NCBI GenBank assembly: GCA_030390025.1
Contig: CM059431.1
Span: 96,474,001-96,538,000 of the forward strand
Reading direction: 5' to 3'
Source: Squalus acanthias
Taxonomy: Eukaryota
Length of the DNA stretch: 64,000 nt
Below, piece by piece: positions 1 to 14,645 of the stretch; within the stretch, counting starts at the first letter, position 1, and every line of letters begins with the position of its first letter. Made by a program: the position numbers and the translations under genes. The notes under the pieces are model-generated. The model did not search any database, was not told where the DNA came from, and saw nothing but the letters and a program-made list of their open reading frames with translations.

Positions 1-3000
1 TCGTTCCATTCCTGTTCAATCCAATGAACAATTTCCAATTCGTTCCATTCCAATTCAATCCAAGGAACAAGTTCCAATTCATTCCATTCCATTTCAATCC
101 AATGCTCACTTTCCAATTCGCTCTGTTCCAATTCAATCCAAGGCTCAGTTTCCAAATCGTTCCATTCCAATTCAATCCAATGAACAATTTCCAATTCGTT
201 TCTTTCCACCTGAATCCAATACTCAGTTTCCAATTCTTTAAATTCCAATGCAATACAATATTCAGTTTCCACTAAGTTCCAGTCCAACTCAATCCAATAT
301 TGAGTTTCCAAACCGTTCAGGTCCAATACAATCCCAGTCTCAGTTTCTAATCCGATCCATTGCAATTCAATCCATACTCAGTTTCCAATTCGTTCCATTC
401 TAATTCAATCCAAGACTCAGTTTCAAAATAGTTCTAGTCCACGTCAATCCAATACTCAGTTTCTAATTCGTTCCATTCCATTTCAATCCAAAAGTCTGAT
501 CCAATTTGTTCCAGTCCAATTCAAGCCAATACTCAGTTTGAAGTTCGTTCCATTCCAATTCAATCCAAAATTCAGTTTCTAATCCGTTCCAGTCCACTTC
601 AATCCAATACTCAGTTTCTAATCCGTTCCATTCCAATTCAATCCAATACTCAGTTTCCAATTCGTTGCAATCCACTTCAAACCAATACTTATTTTTGAAT
701 TCTTCCCATTCCATTTCCATCCAATAGTCAGTTTCCACTTCATCCCACTCCAATTCAATCGAATACTCAGTTTCCAATTCGTTCCATTCCAATTCAACCC
801 AATACTCCGTTTCAAATTCGTTCCATTCCAATTCAATCCAATGAACATTTGCCAATTCGTTCCATTAATATTCAATCCAATGAACAGTTTCCAATTCTTT
901 CCATTCCAATTCAGTCCAATGAACAGTTTCCAATTCGTTCCATTCCAATTCAATCCAATGAACAGTTTACAATCCGTTCAATTCCAATTCAATCCAATTA
1001 AAAGTTTCCAATTCTTTCCATTCCAATTCAAGCAAATGAAAAGTTGCCAATTCGTTCCATTCCAATATAATCCAATGAACAGTTTCCAATTCGTTCCATT
1101 CAAATTCAAACCAATGAACAGTTTCCAATTCGTCCCATTCCTATTCAATCCAATGAACAGTTTCCATTTCGTTGCATTCCACTTCAATTCTATGAACAGT
1201 TTCCAATTCGTTCCATTACAATTCAATCTAAAACTCAAGTTTCCAATTCGTTCCATTCCAATTCAATCCAAAGAACGGATTCCAATTCATTCCATTCCAA
1301 TTCAAACCAATACTCAGTTTCCAAATCGTTCCAGTCCAATTCAATCCAGTGAACAGTTTCCAATTTGTTCCATTACAAATCAATCCAGTGAACAGTTTCC
1401 AATTCGTTCCATTCCAATCCAATCCAATGAACAGTTTCCAATTTGTTCCATTACAAATCAATCCAGTGAACAGTTTCCAATTCGTTCCATTCCAATCCAA
1501 TCCAATGAACAGTTTCCAATTCCTTCCATTCCAATTCAATACAATGAACAGTTTCCAAATAGTTCCATTCCAATTCAATCCAATGAACAGTTTCCATTTC
1601 GTTCCATTACAATTCAATCCAATGAACAGTTTTCAATTCGTTCCATTCCAAATCAATCCAATGAACAGTTTTCAATTCGTTCCATTCCAAATCAATCCAA
1701 TGAACAGTTTCCATTTCGTTCCATTCCAAATCAATCCAATGAACAGTTTCCAATTCCTTCCATTCCAATTCAATACAATGAACAGTTTCCAAATAGTTCC
1801 ATTCCAATTCAATCCAATGAACAGTTTCCATTTCGTTCCATTACAATTCAATCCAATGAACACTTTTCAATTCGTTCCATTCCAAATCAATCCAATGAAC
1901 AGTTTCCATTTCGTTCCATTACAAATCAATCCAATGAACAGTTTCCATTTCGTTCCATTACAAATCAATCCAATGAACAGTTTCCATTTCGTTCCATTCC
2001 AAATCAATCCAATGAACAGTTTCCATTTCGTTCCATTACAAATCAATCCAATGAACAGTTTTCAATTCGTTCCATTCCAAATCAATCCAATGAACAGTTT
2101 CCATTTCGTTCCATTACAAATCAATCCAATGAACAGTTTCCATTTCGTTCCATTACAAATCAATCCAATGAACAGTTTTCAATTCGTTCCATTCCAATTC
2201 AATCCAATGAACATTTTCCATTTCGTTCCATTCCAATTCAATCCAATACTCAGATTCCAATTCGTTCCATTCCAATTCAATCCAAATATCTCAGTTTCCA
2301 ATTCGTTCCATTCCAATTCCAACCAATACTCAGTTTACAATTCGTTCCATTCTAATTCAATCCAATACTCAGTTTCCAATTCGTTCCATTCCAATTCAAT
2401 CCAATACTCAGTTTCCAATTCGTTCCATTCAAATTCAGTCCAATGAAGAGTATCGAATTTGTTCCATTCCAATTCAATCAAATAAACAGTTTCCAATTCG
2501 TTCCATTCCAATCCAATCCAATGAACAGTTTCCAATTTGTTCCATTACAAATCAATCCAGTGAACAGTTTCCAATTCGTTCCATTCCAATTCAATCCAAA
2601 GAACGGATTCCAATTCATTCCTTTCCAATTCAAACCAATACTCAGTTTCCAAATCATTCCAGTCCAATTCAATCCAATGAACAGTTTCCAATTTGTTCCA
2701 TTACAAATCAATCCAGTGAACAGTTTCCAATTCGTTCCATTCCAATCCAATCCAATGAACAGATTCCAATTCCTTCCATTCCAATTCAATCCAATGAACA
2801 GTTTCCAAATCGTTCCATTCCAATTCAATACAATGAACAGTTTCCATTTCGTTCCATTCCAAATCAATCCAATGAACAGTTTCCAATTCGTTCCATTCCA
2901 ATTCAATCCAATGAACAGTTTCCAAATCGTTCCATTCCAATTCAATACAATGAACAGTTTCCATTTCGTTCCATTACAAATCAATCCAGTGAACAGTTTC

Positions 3001-6000
3001 CAATTCGTTCCATTCCAATCCAATCCAATGAACAGTTTCCAATTTGTTCCATTACAAATCAATCCAGTGAACAGTTTCCAATTCGTTCCATTCCAATTCA
3101 ATCCAAAGAACGGATTCCAATTCATTCCTTTCCAATTCAAACCAATACTCAGTTTCCAAATCATTCCAGTCCAATTCAATCCAATGAACAGTTTCCAATT
3201 TGTTCCATTACAAATCAATCCAGTGAACAGTTTCCAATTCCTTCCATTCCAATTCAATCCAATGAACAGTTTCCAAATCGTTCCATTCCAATTCAATACA
3301 ATGAACAGTTTCCATTTCGTTCCATTCCAAATCAATCCAATGAACAGTTTCCATTTCGTTCCATTCCAAATCAATCCAATGAACAGTTTCCATTTTGTTC
3401 CATTCCAATTACAACCAATACTCAGTTTACAATTCGTTCCATTCTAATTCAATCCAATACTCAGTTTACAATTCGTTCCATTCCAATTCAATCCAATATT
3501 CAGTTTCCAATTCATTCCATTCAAATTCAGTCCAATGAAGAGTATCGAATTCGTTCCATTCCAATTCAATCAAATAAACAGTTTCCAATTCGTTCCATTC
3601 CTGTTCAATCCAATGAACAATTTCCAATTCGTTCCATTCCAATTCAATCCAAGGAACAAGTTCCAATTCATTCCATTCCATTTCAATCCAATGCTCACTT
3701 TCCAATTCGCTCTGTTCCAATTCAATCCAAGGCTCAGTTTCCAAATCGTTCCATTCCAATTCAATCCAATGAACAATTTCCAATTCGTTTCTTTCCACCT
3801 GAATCCAATACTCAGTTTCCAATTCTTTAAATTCCAATGCAATACAATACTCAGTTTCCACTAAGTTCCAGTCCAACTCAATCCAATATTGAGTTTCCAA
3901 ACCGTTCAGGTCCAATACAATCCCAGTCTCAGTTTCTAATCCGATCCATTGCAATTCAATCCATACTCAGTTTCCAATTCGTTCCATTCTAATTCAATCC
4001 AAGACTCAGTTTCAAAATAGTTCTAGTCCACGTCAATCCAATACTCAGTTTCTAATTCGTTCCATTCCATTTCAATCCAAAAGTCTGATCCAATTTGTTC
4101 CAGTCCAATTCAAGCCAATACTCAGTTTGAAGTTCGTTCCATTCCAATTCAATCCAAAATTCAGTTTCTAATCCGTTCCAGTCCACTTCAATCCAATACT
4201 CAGTTTCTAATCCGTTCCATTCCAATTCAATCCAATACTCAGTTTCCAATTCGTTGCAATCCACTTCAAACCAATACTTATTTTTGAATTCTTCCCATTC
4301 CATTTCCATCCAATAGTCAGTTTCCACTTCATCCCACTCCAATTCAATCGAATACTCAGTTTCCAATTCGTTCCATTCCAATTCAACCCAATACTCCGTT
4401 TCAAATTCGTTCCATTCCAATTCAATCCAATGAACATTTGCCAATTCGTTCCATTAATATTCAATCCAATGAACAGTTTCCAATTCTTTCCATTCCAATT
4501 CAGTCCAATGAACAGTTTCCAATTCGTTCCATTCCAATTCAATCCAATGAACAGTTTACAATCCGTTCAATTCCAATTCAATCCAATTAAAAGTTTCCAA
4601 TTCTTTCCATTCCAATTCAAGCAAATGAAAAGTTGCCAATTCGTTCCATTCCAATATAATCCAATGAACAGTTTCCAATTCGTTCCATTCAAATTCAAAC
4701 CAATGAACAGTTTCCAAATCGTCCCATTCCTATTCAATCCAATGAACAGTTTCCATTTCGTTGCATTCCACTTCAATTCTATGAACAGTTTCCAATTCGT
4801 TCCATTACAATTCAATCCAAAACTCAAGTTTCCAATTCGTTCCATTCCAATTCAATCCAAAGAACGGATTCCAATTCATTCCATTCCAATTCAAACCAAT
4901 ACTCAGTTTCCAAATCGTTCCAGTCCAATTCAATCCAATGAACAGTTTCCAATTTGTTCCATTACAATTCAATCAAATAAACAGTTTCCAATTCGTTCCA
5001 TTCCAATCCAATCCAATGAACAGTTTCCAATTTGTTCCATTACAAATCAATCCAGTGAACAGTTTCCAATTCGTTCCATTCCAATCCAATCCAATGAACA
5101 GTTTCCAATTCCTTCCATTCCAATTCAATACAATGAACAGTTTCCAAATAATTCCATTCCAATTCAATCCAATGAACAGTTTCCATTTCGTTCCATTCCA
5201 ATTCAATCCAATGAACAGTTTCCAATTCGTTCCATTCCAAATCAAACCAATGAACAGTTTCCAATTCGTTCACTTCCAATTCAATCCAATGAACATTTTC
5301 CATTTTCTTCCATTCCAATTCAATCCAATACTCAGATTCCAATTCGTTCCATTCCAATTCAATCCAAATATCTCAGTTTCCAATTCGTTCCATTCCAATT
5401 CAATCCAATGAACAGTTTCCATTTCGTTCCATTCCAAATCAATCCAATGAACAGTTTCCAATTCGTTCCATTACAATTCAATCTAAAACTCAAGTTTCCA
5501 ATTCGTTCCATTCCAATTCAATCCAAAGAACGGATTCCAATTCATTCCATTCCAATTCAAACCAATACTCAGTTTCCAAATCGTTCCAGTCCAATTCAAT
5601 CCAGTGAACAGTTTCCAATTTGTTCCATTACAAATCAATCCAGTGAACAGTTTCCAATTCGTTCCATTCCAATCCAATCCAATGAACAGTTTCCAATTTG
5701 TTCCATTACAAATCAATCCAGTGAACAGTTTCCAATTCGTTCCATTCCAATCCAATCCAATGAACAGTTTCCAATTCCTTCCATTCCAATTCAATACAAT
5801 GAACAGTTTCCAAATAGTTCCATTCCAATTCAATCCAATGAACAGTTTCCATTTCGTTCCATTACAAATCAATCCAATGAACAGTTTTCAATTCGTTCCA
5901 TTCCAAATCAATCCAATGAACAGTTTCCATTTCGTTCCATTCCAAATCAATCCAATGAACAGTTTCCAATTCCTTCCATTCCAATTCAATACAATGAACA

Positions 6001-8770
6001 GTTTCCAAATAGTTCCATTCCAATTCAATCCAATGAACAGTTTCCATTTCGTTCCATTACAAATCAATCCAATGAACAGTTTCCAATTTGTTCCATTACA
6101 AATCAATCCAGTGAACAGTTTCCAATTCGTTCCATTCCAATCCAATCCAATGAACAGTTTCCAATTTGTTCCATTACAAATCAATCCAGTGAACAGTTTC
6201 CAATTCGTTCCATTCCAATCCAATCCAATGAACAGTTTCCAATTCCTTCCATTCCAATTCAATACAATGAACAGTTTCCAAATAGTTCCATTCCAATTCA
6301 ATCCAATGAACAGTTTCCAAATAGTTCCATTCCAATTCAATCCAATGAACAGTTTCCATTTCGTTCCATTACAATTCAATCCAATGAACAGTTTTCAATT
6401 CGTTCCATTCCAAATCAATCCTATGAACAGTTTTCAATTCGTTCCATTCCAAATCAATCCAATGAACAGTTTCCATTTCGTTCCATTCCAAATCAATCCA
6501 ATGAACAGTTTCCAATTCCTTCCATTCCAATTCAATACAATGAACAGTTTCCAAATAGTTCCATTCCAATTCAATCCAATGAACAGTTTCCATTTCGTTC
6601 CATTACAATTCAATCCAATGAACACTTTTCAATTCGTTCCATTCCAAATCAATCCAATGAACAGTTTCCATTTCGTTCCATTACAAATCAATCCAATGAA
6701 CAGTTTCCATTTCGTTCCATTACAAATCAATCCAATGAACAGTTTCCATTTCGTTCCATTCCAAATCAATCCAATGAACAGTTTCCATTTCGTTCCATTA
6801 CAAATCAATCCAATGAACAGTTTTCAATTCGTTCCATTCCAAATCAATCCAATGAACAGTTTCCATTTCGTTCCATTACAAATCAATCCAATGAACAGTT
6901 TCCATTTCGTTCCATTACAAATCAATCCAATGAACAGTTTTCAATTCGTTCCATTCCAATTCAATCCAATGAACATTTTCCATTTCGTTCCATTCCAATT
7001 CAATCCAATACTCAGATTCCAATTCGTTCCATTCCAATTCAATCCAAATATCTCAGTTTCCAATTCGTTCCATTCCAATTCCAACCAATACTCAGTTTAC
7101 AATTCGTTCCATTCTAATTCAATCCAATACTCAGTTTCCAATTCGTTCCATTCCAATTCAATCCAATACTCAGTTTCCAATTCGTTCCATTCAAATTCAG
7201 TCCAATGAAGAGTATCGAATTTGTTCCATTCCAATTCAATCAAATAAACAGTTTCCAATTCGTTCTATTCCAGTTCAATCCAATGAACAGCTTCCAATTC
7301 GTTTCATTCCAATTCAATCCAATGAACAATTTCCAATTCGTTCCATTGCAATTCAATCCAATGAACAATTTCCAAATTGTTCCATTCCAATTCAATCTAA
7401 TGCTCCGTTTCCAATTCGTTCCATTCCTATTCAATCTAATGCTCAGTTTCCAATTCCTTCCTTTCAAATTCAATCCATGCTCAGTTTCCAATTCGTTCCA
7501 TTCGTATTCAATACAGTGCTCTGTTTCCAATTCGTTCCATTCCAATTCAATCCAATGCTCTGTTTCCAATTTGTTGCATTCCAATTCAATCCAATATTCA
7601 GTTTCCAATTTCTTTCCATTCCAATTCAATCCAATCTACTTTCCAATTCGTTCCATACCAATTCAATCCAATGAACAGTTTCCAATTTGTTCCATTCTAA
7701 TTCAATCCAATGAACAGTTTGCATTTCGCTGCAGACCAATCCAATCCAATGAACAGTTTCCAATTCGTTCCATTCAAATTCATTCCAATGAACAGTTACC
7801 AATTCGTTCCACTCCAATTCAATCCAAAGAGCAGTTTCCAATTCGTTCCTTTCCAATTCAACCGAACTCTCAGTTTCCAATCCATTCCATTCTAATTCAA
7901 TCCAATGAACAATTTCCAAATCGTTGCATTACAGTTAAACCCAATGCACAGTTTCCAATACGTTCCATTCCAATTCAATCCAATGCTCAGTTTCCAATTC
8001 TTTCCATTCCAAGTCAATCCAATGAACATTTTCCATTCCGTTACCTTCCAATCAATCCAATGATCAGTTTCCAATCCATCCCATTCCAATTCAAACCAAT
8101 GAACAGTTTCCAATTCATTCCATTCCAATTCAATCCAATGAACAGTTTCCAATCCGTTCCATTCCAATTCAATCCAATGAACAGTTTCCAATTAATTCCA
8201 TTCCAATTAAATCCAATGAACAGTTTCCGATTCATTCCATTCAAATTCAATGCAATGAATGTTCTTCCAATTCGTTCCATTCCAATTCAAAACAATGCTC
8301 AGTTTCCAATTCGTTCCATTCCAATTCAATCCAATGAACCATTTCCAATTCGTTCCATTCAAATTCAAATCAATGCTCAGTTTTGAATTCGTTCCATTCC
8401 AATTCAATCCAATAAACAGTTTCCAATCCGCTCAATTCCAATTCAATCCAATGCTCAATGTCCAATTTATTCCATTCCAATTCAATCCAAAGTTTGCTTT
8501 CCAATCCTTTCCATTCCAATTCAATCCAATGAACAATTTCCAATTCGTTCCATTCCATTTCAATACAATGCTCAGTTTCCAAATGGTTCCATTCCAATTC
8601 AATCCAATGCTCAGTTTCCAATTCATTCCATTGCAATTCAATCCAATGCTCAGTTTCCTATTCGTTCCATTGCAATTCAAGCCAATGCTGAGTATCCAAT
8701 TCGTTCCATTCCAATTCAATCCAATGAACATTTTCCAATTCGTTCCATTCCAATTTAACTGAATGCTCAG
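1..8770. repeat. 39-bp satellite built on CATTC/CAATT pentamers
   Basis: Unit approximately AACAGTTTCCAATTCGTTCCATTCCAATTCAATCCAATG (39 bp), matching the 13-aa period of the ORFs. Sequence at position 1 recurs at 3590, a 3589-bp higher-order duplication. The + strand is G-poor. Confidence 0.97.
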
Positions 8771-8777
8771 TGATTCA

Positions 8778-9110
8778 GGGCAACACGGTGGCATAGTGGT
8801 TAGCACTGTTGCCTCACAGCGCCAGGTTCGAATCCGGCCTCGGAAGAATGTCTGTGTGGAGTTTGCACATTCTCCCCGTGTCTGCGTGGGTTTCCTCCGG
8901 GTGCTCCGGTTTCCTCCCACAGTCCAAAGATGTGCGGGTTAGGTTGATTTGGTTTGATGGTTGGTCGCTATGATAAATTGACCCTTAGTGTTAGGGGGAT
9001 TAAATACGTGGGGTTACGGGGATAGGGTGCGATATGTGTCGGTGCAGGCTCGATGGGCCGAAATGGCCTCTATCTGCACTGTGGGGATTCTGTGATTCTG
9101 TGATTCTGTG
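8778..9110 (+). mobile_element. tRNA-derived V-SINE (HE1-like elasmobranch SINE)
   Basis: A box TGGCATAGTGG at 8789-8799 and B box GGTTCGAATCC at 8825-8835. V-domain TGTGTGGAGTTTGCACATTCTCCCCGTGTCTGCGTGGGTTTCCTCCGGGTGCTCCGGTTTCCTCCCACAGTCCAAAGA. LINE-like 3' end with an (ATTCTGTG)3 tail. Confidence 0.9.
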
Positions 9111-12100
9111 AATCGATCATTCATCTAGTATTTCAGTGAATCCTTGCTTTCAGTGATTCAGTGATTCATTGAATCGTTCATTCATCGAGTGTTTCAGTGA
9201 ATCGTTGGTTTCAGTGACTCAGTGATTCAATGAATCGATCATTCATCGAGTGTTTCAGTGAATCCCTGCTTTCAGTGATTCAGTGATTCAATGAATCGTT
9301 CATTCATCGAGTGCTCCAGTGAGTGCTTGGTTTCAGTGATCCAGTGATTCAATTAATTGTTCATTCATCGAGTGCTTTAGTGAATGCTTGGTTTCAGTGT
9401 TCCAGTGAGTGATTCAATGAATTGTTCATTCATCATGTCGTTCAGTGAATCATTGGTTTCAGTGATTCAGTGATTCAATTAATTATTCATTCATTGAGTC
9501 TTTCCGTGAAACCTTGGTTTCAATATTTCAGCGATCAATGAGTTCTTCATTCATCGATTCTTTCAGTGAATCCTTGGTTCCAGTGTTTCAGAGATTCAAT
9601 GATTTGTTCATTCATCAAGTTTTTCAGTGAATCCTTGTTTTCAGTAATTCAGGGTTTCAATGAATTTTTCATTCATCGAGTGTTTCAGTGAATCCTTGGT
9701 TTCAGTGATTCAATTAATCGTTCATTCATCGAGTGTTTCAGTGAATCGTTGGTTTCAGTGACTCAGTGATTCAATGAATCGTTCATTCATCGAGTGCTTC
9801 AGTGAATCCTTGGTTCAGTAATTCAGTGATTCAATGATTCTTTCATTCATCGAGTGTTTCAGTGAATCCTTGGTTTCAGTGATTCAGCGCTCCAATGAAA
9901 CCTTCATTCATCGAGTTTTTCAGTGAATCCTTGCTTTCAGTGATGCAATGAATGGTTCATTCATCGAGTGTTTCAGTGAGTCCTTGGTTTCAGTGACTCA
10001 GTGATTCAATGAATCGATCATTCATCGAGTGTTTCAGTGAATCCTTGCTTTCAGTGATTTAGTGATTCAATGAATTGTTCATTCATCGAGTGCTTCCGTG
10101 AAACCTTGGTTTCAATGTTTCAGCGATTCAATGAATCATTCATTCATCGAGTGTTTCAGTGAATTATTGGTTTCAGTGATTCAGTGATTCAATGAATCGA
10201 TCATTCATCGAGTGTTTCAGTGAATCATTGGTTTCAGTGATTCAGTGATTCAATGAATCGATCATTCATCGAGTGCTTCAGTGAATGCTTGGTTTCAGTG
10301 ATCCAATGATTCAATGAATTGTTCATTCATTGAGTCTTTCAGTGAATCCTTGGTTTCAGTGATTCAGAGATTTAATGAATTGTTCATTCATCGAGTCTTT
10401 CCGTGAAACCTTGGTTTCAATATTTCAGCGATTCAATGAATTCTTCATTCATCGACTGTTTCAGTGAATCCTTGATTCCAGTGTTTCAGAGATTCAGTGA
10501 ATTGTTCATTCATCGAGTTTTTCAGTGAATCCTTGTGTTCAGCAATTCAGGGTTTCAATTAATTATTCATTCATCGAGTGTTTCAAAGAATCGTTGGTTT
10601 CAGTGATTCAGTGATTCAATGACTTGTTCATTCATCGACTGTTTCCGTGAAACCTTGGTTTCAATATTTCAGTGATTCAATGACTTGTTCATTCATCGAC
10701 TGTTTCCGTGAAACCTTGGTTTCAATGTTTCAGCGATTCAATGAATCATTGATTCATCGAGTGTTTCAGTGAATTCTTGGTTTCAGTGATTCAGTGATTC
10801 AATGAGTTGTTCATTCATCGAGTCTTTCAGTGAATCCTTGCTTTCAGTGATTCAGAGATTCAATGAATTGTTCATTCATCGAGTTTTTCAGTGAATCCTT
10901 GCTTTCAGTGACTCAGTGATTCAAGGAATCGTTCATTCATCGAGTGTTTCAGTGAATCGTTGCTTTCAGTGTTTCAGCGATTCAATGAATCATTCATTCA
11001 TCGAGTGTTTCAGTGAATCCTTGGTTTCAGTGATTCAATGAATCGGTCATTCATCGAGTGCTTCAGTGAATGTTTGGTTTCAGTGATCCAGTGATTCAAT
11101 GAATTGTTCATTCATCGAGTTTTTCAGTGAATCATTGGTTTCAGTGACTTAGTGATTCAATGAAACGGTCATTCATCGAGTGTTTCAATGAATCCTTGCT
11201 TTCAGTGATTCAGTGATTCAATGAATTGTTCATTCATCGAGTGCTTCCGTGAAACCTTGGTTTCAATGTTTCAGCGATTCAATGAATCATTCATTCATCG
11301 AGTGTTTCAGTGAATCCTTGGTTTCAGTGATTCAGTGATTCAAAGAATTCTTCATTCATCGCGTGCTTCTGTGAAACCTTGGTTTCAATGTTTCAGCGAT
11401 TCAATGAATCATTCATTCATCGAGTGTTTCAGTGAATCGTTGGTTTCAGTGATTCAGTAATTCAATTAATTGTTCATTCATCGAATTTTTCGGTGAATCC
11501 TTGGTTCCAGTGTTTCTGAGATTCAGTGAATTGTTCATTCATCGAGTTTTTCAGTGAATCCTTGTTTTCAGTAATTCAGGGTTTCACTGAATTGTTCATT
11601 CATCGAGTGTTTCAATAAATCGTTGGTTTCAGTGATTCAGTGATTCAATGAATTGTTCATTCATCGAGTGTTTCCGTGAAACCTTGGTTTCACTGTTTCA
11701 GCGATTTAATGCATCATTCATTTATCAAGTGTTTCAGTGAATCCTTGGTTTCAGTGATTCAATTAATCGTTCATTTATCGAGTGCTTCAGTGAATCCTTG
11801 GTTTCAGTAATTCAGTGATTCATTGATTTTTTCATTCATTGAGTATTTCAGTGAATCCTTGGATTCTGTGATCCAGTGATTCAATGAATTGTTCATTCAT
11901 CGAGTGTTTCAGTGAATCCTTGGTTCCAGTGTTTCAGAGATTCAGTGAATTGTTCATTCATCGAGTTTTTCAGTGAGTACTTGTTTTCAGTAATTCAGGG
12001 GTTTCAATGAATTGTTCATTCATCGAGTGTTTCAGTGAATCCCTGCTTTCAGTGATTCAGTGATTCAATGGATCGTTCATTCATTGAGTGCTCCAGTGAG

Positions 12101-14645
12101 TGCTTGGTTTCAGTGTTTCAGTGATTCAATGAATCATTTATTCATCGAGTGTTTCAGTGACTCCTTGGTTTCAGTGATTCAATGAATTGTTCATTCATCG
12201 AGTGTTTCAGTGAATTCTTGGTTTCAAAGATTCAGTGATTCTAGGAATCGTTCATTCATCGAGTGTTTCAGTGAATCCTTGGTTCCAGTAATTCAGAGCT
12301 TCAATGAAACCCTCATTCATCGAGTTTTTCAGTGAATGCTTGCTTTCAGCGATTCAATGAGTTGTTCATTCATCGAGTCTTTCAGTGAATCCTTGGTTTC
12401 AGTGATTCAGAGATTCAATGAATTGTTCATTCATCGAGTTTTTCAGTGAATCCTTGGTTCCAGTAATTCAGGGTTTCAAGGAATTGTTCATTCATCGAGT
12501 GTTTCAATGAATCGTTGGTTTCAATGTTTCAGCGATTCAATGAATCATTCATTCATCAAATGTTTCATTGAATCCTTGGTTTCAGTGATTCAATTAATCG
12601 TTCATTCATCGAGTGCTTCAGTGAATCCTTGGTTTCAGTAATTCAGTGTTTCAATTAATCTTTCATTCATTGAGTATTTCAGTGAATCCTTGGATTCTGT
12701 GATCCAGTGATTCAATGAATTGTTCATTCATCGATTGTTTCAATGAATCGTTGGTTTCAGTGATTCAGTGAATCAATGAATTGTTCATTCATCGAGTGTT
12801 TCAGTGAATCCTTGGTTTCAGTGATGCAATGAATCGATCATTCATCGAGTGTTTCAGTGAATCCTTGCTTTCAGTGATTCAGTGATTCAAAGAATTCTTC
12901 ATTCATCGCGTGCTTCCGTGAAACCTTGGTTTCAATGTTTCAGCGATTCAATGAATCATTCATTCATCGAGTGTTTCAGTGAATCGTTGGTTTCAGTGAT
13001 TCAGTGATTCAATTAATGGTTCATTCATCGAGTTTTTCGGTGAAGCCTTGGTTCCAGTGTTTCTGAGATTCAGTGAATTGTTCATTCATCGAGTTTTTCA
13101 GTGAATCCTTGTTTTCAGTAATTCAGGGTTTCACTGAATTGTTCATTCATCGAGTGTTTCAATAAATCGTTGGTTTCAGTGATTCAGTGATTCAATGAAT
13201 TGTTCATTCATCGAGTGTTTCCGTGAAACCTTGGTTTCACTGTTTCAGCGATTTAATGCATCATTCATTTATCAAGTGTTTCAGTGAATCCTTGGTTTCA
13301 GTGATTCAATTAATCGTTCATTTATCGAGTGCTTCAGTGAATTCTTGGTTTCAGTAATTCAGTGATTCATTGAATTTTTCATTCATTGAGTATTTCAGTG
13401 AATCCTTGGATTCTGTGATCCAGTGATTCAATGAACTGTTCATTCATCGAGTGTTTCAGTGAATCCTTGGATTCTGTGATCCAGTGATTCAATGAACTGT
13501 TCATTCATCGAGTGTTTCAGTGAATCCTTGGTTCCAGTGTTTCAGAGATTCAGTGAATTGTTCATTCATCGAGTTTTTCAGTGAGTACTTGTTTTCAGTA
13601 ATTCAGGGGTTTCAATGAATTGTTCATTCATCGAGTGTTTCAATGAATCGTTGGTTTCAGTGAATCCTTGGTTTCAGTGATTCAGTGATTCAACTAATCG
13701 TTCATTCAACGAGTGTTTCAGTGAATTCTTGGTTTCAGTGATTCCAAAGATCGTTCATTCATCGAGTGTTTCAGTGAATCCTTGGTTTCAGTGATTCAGA
13801 GTTCCAATGAAACCTTCATTCATCGAGTTTTTCAGTGAATCCTTGCTTTCAGTGATGCAATGAATGGTTCATTCATCAAGTGTTTCAGTGAATCCTTGGT
13901 TTCAGTGACTCAGTGATTCAATAATTGTTCCTTCATCGAGTGCTTCCGTGAAACCTTGGTTTCAATGTTTCAGCGATTCAATGAATCATTCATTCATCGA
14001 GTGTTTCAGTGAATCCTTGCTTTCAGTGATTCAATGAATTGTTCATTCATCGAGTGCTTCCGTGAAACCTTGGTTTCAATGTTTCAGCGATTCAATGAAT
14101 CATTCATTCATCGAGTGTTTCAGTGACTCCTTGGTTTCAGTGATTCAGTGATTCAATGAATCGTTCATTCATCGAGTTTTTCAGTGAATCCTTGGTTTCA
14201 ATATTTCAGCGATTCAATGAATCATTCATTCATCGAATGTTTCAGTGAATCCTTGGTTTCAGTACTTCAGTGATTCAATGAATCTTTCATTCATTGAGTA
14301 TTTCGGTGAATCCTTGGTTCCAGTGTTTCAGTGATTCAATGATTTGTTCATTCATCGAGTTTTTCAGTGAATCCTTGTTTTCAGTAATTCAGGGTTTCAA
14401 TGAATTTTTCGTTCATCGAGTGTTTGCGTGAAACCTTGGTTTCAATGTTTCAGCCATTCAATTAATCATTCATTCATCAAGTGTTTCAGTGAATCCTTGG
14501 TTTCAGTGATTCAATGAATTGTTCATTCATCGAGTGTTTCAGTTAATCCTTGGTTTCAGTGATTCAGTGATTCAAGGAATCGTTAATTCATCCAGTGTTT
14601 CAGTGAATCCTTGGTTTCAATGTTACAGCGATTCAATGAATCATG
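9111..14645. repeat. 61-bp satellite (53-bp variants), left of the CR1 insertion
   Basis: Unit approximately AGTGATTCAGTGATTCAATGAATCGTTCATTCATCGAGTGTTTCAGTGAATCCTTGGTTTC. CATTCATCGA recurs at 10141, 10202 and 10263. Confidence 0.97.

Noticed and set aside
24..8762. Long ORFs (up to 895 aa) with FQFVPFQFNP, PIRSIPIQSNEQF or WNGTNWKL repeats
   Set aside because: They are translations of a 39-bp (multiple of 3) satellite that is open in several frames and on both strands, with no gene structure.
8778..8845. tRNA gene
   Set aside because: A and B boxes are present, but the cloverleaf is incomplete and continues into a SINE body.
9111..14645. CRISPR-like regular spacing
   Set aside because: There are no unique spacers or cas genes. 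It is a tandem satellite in eukaryotic context.
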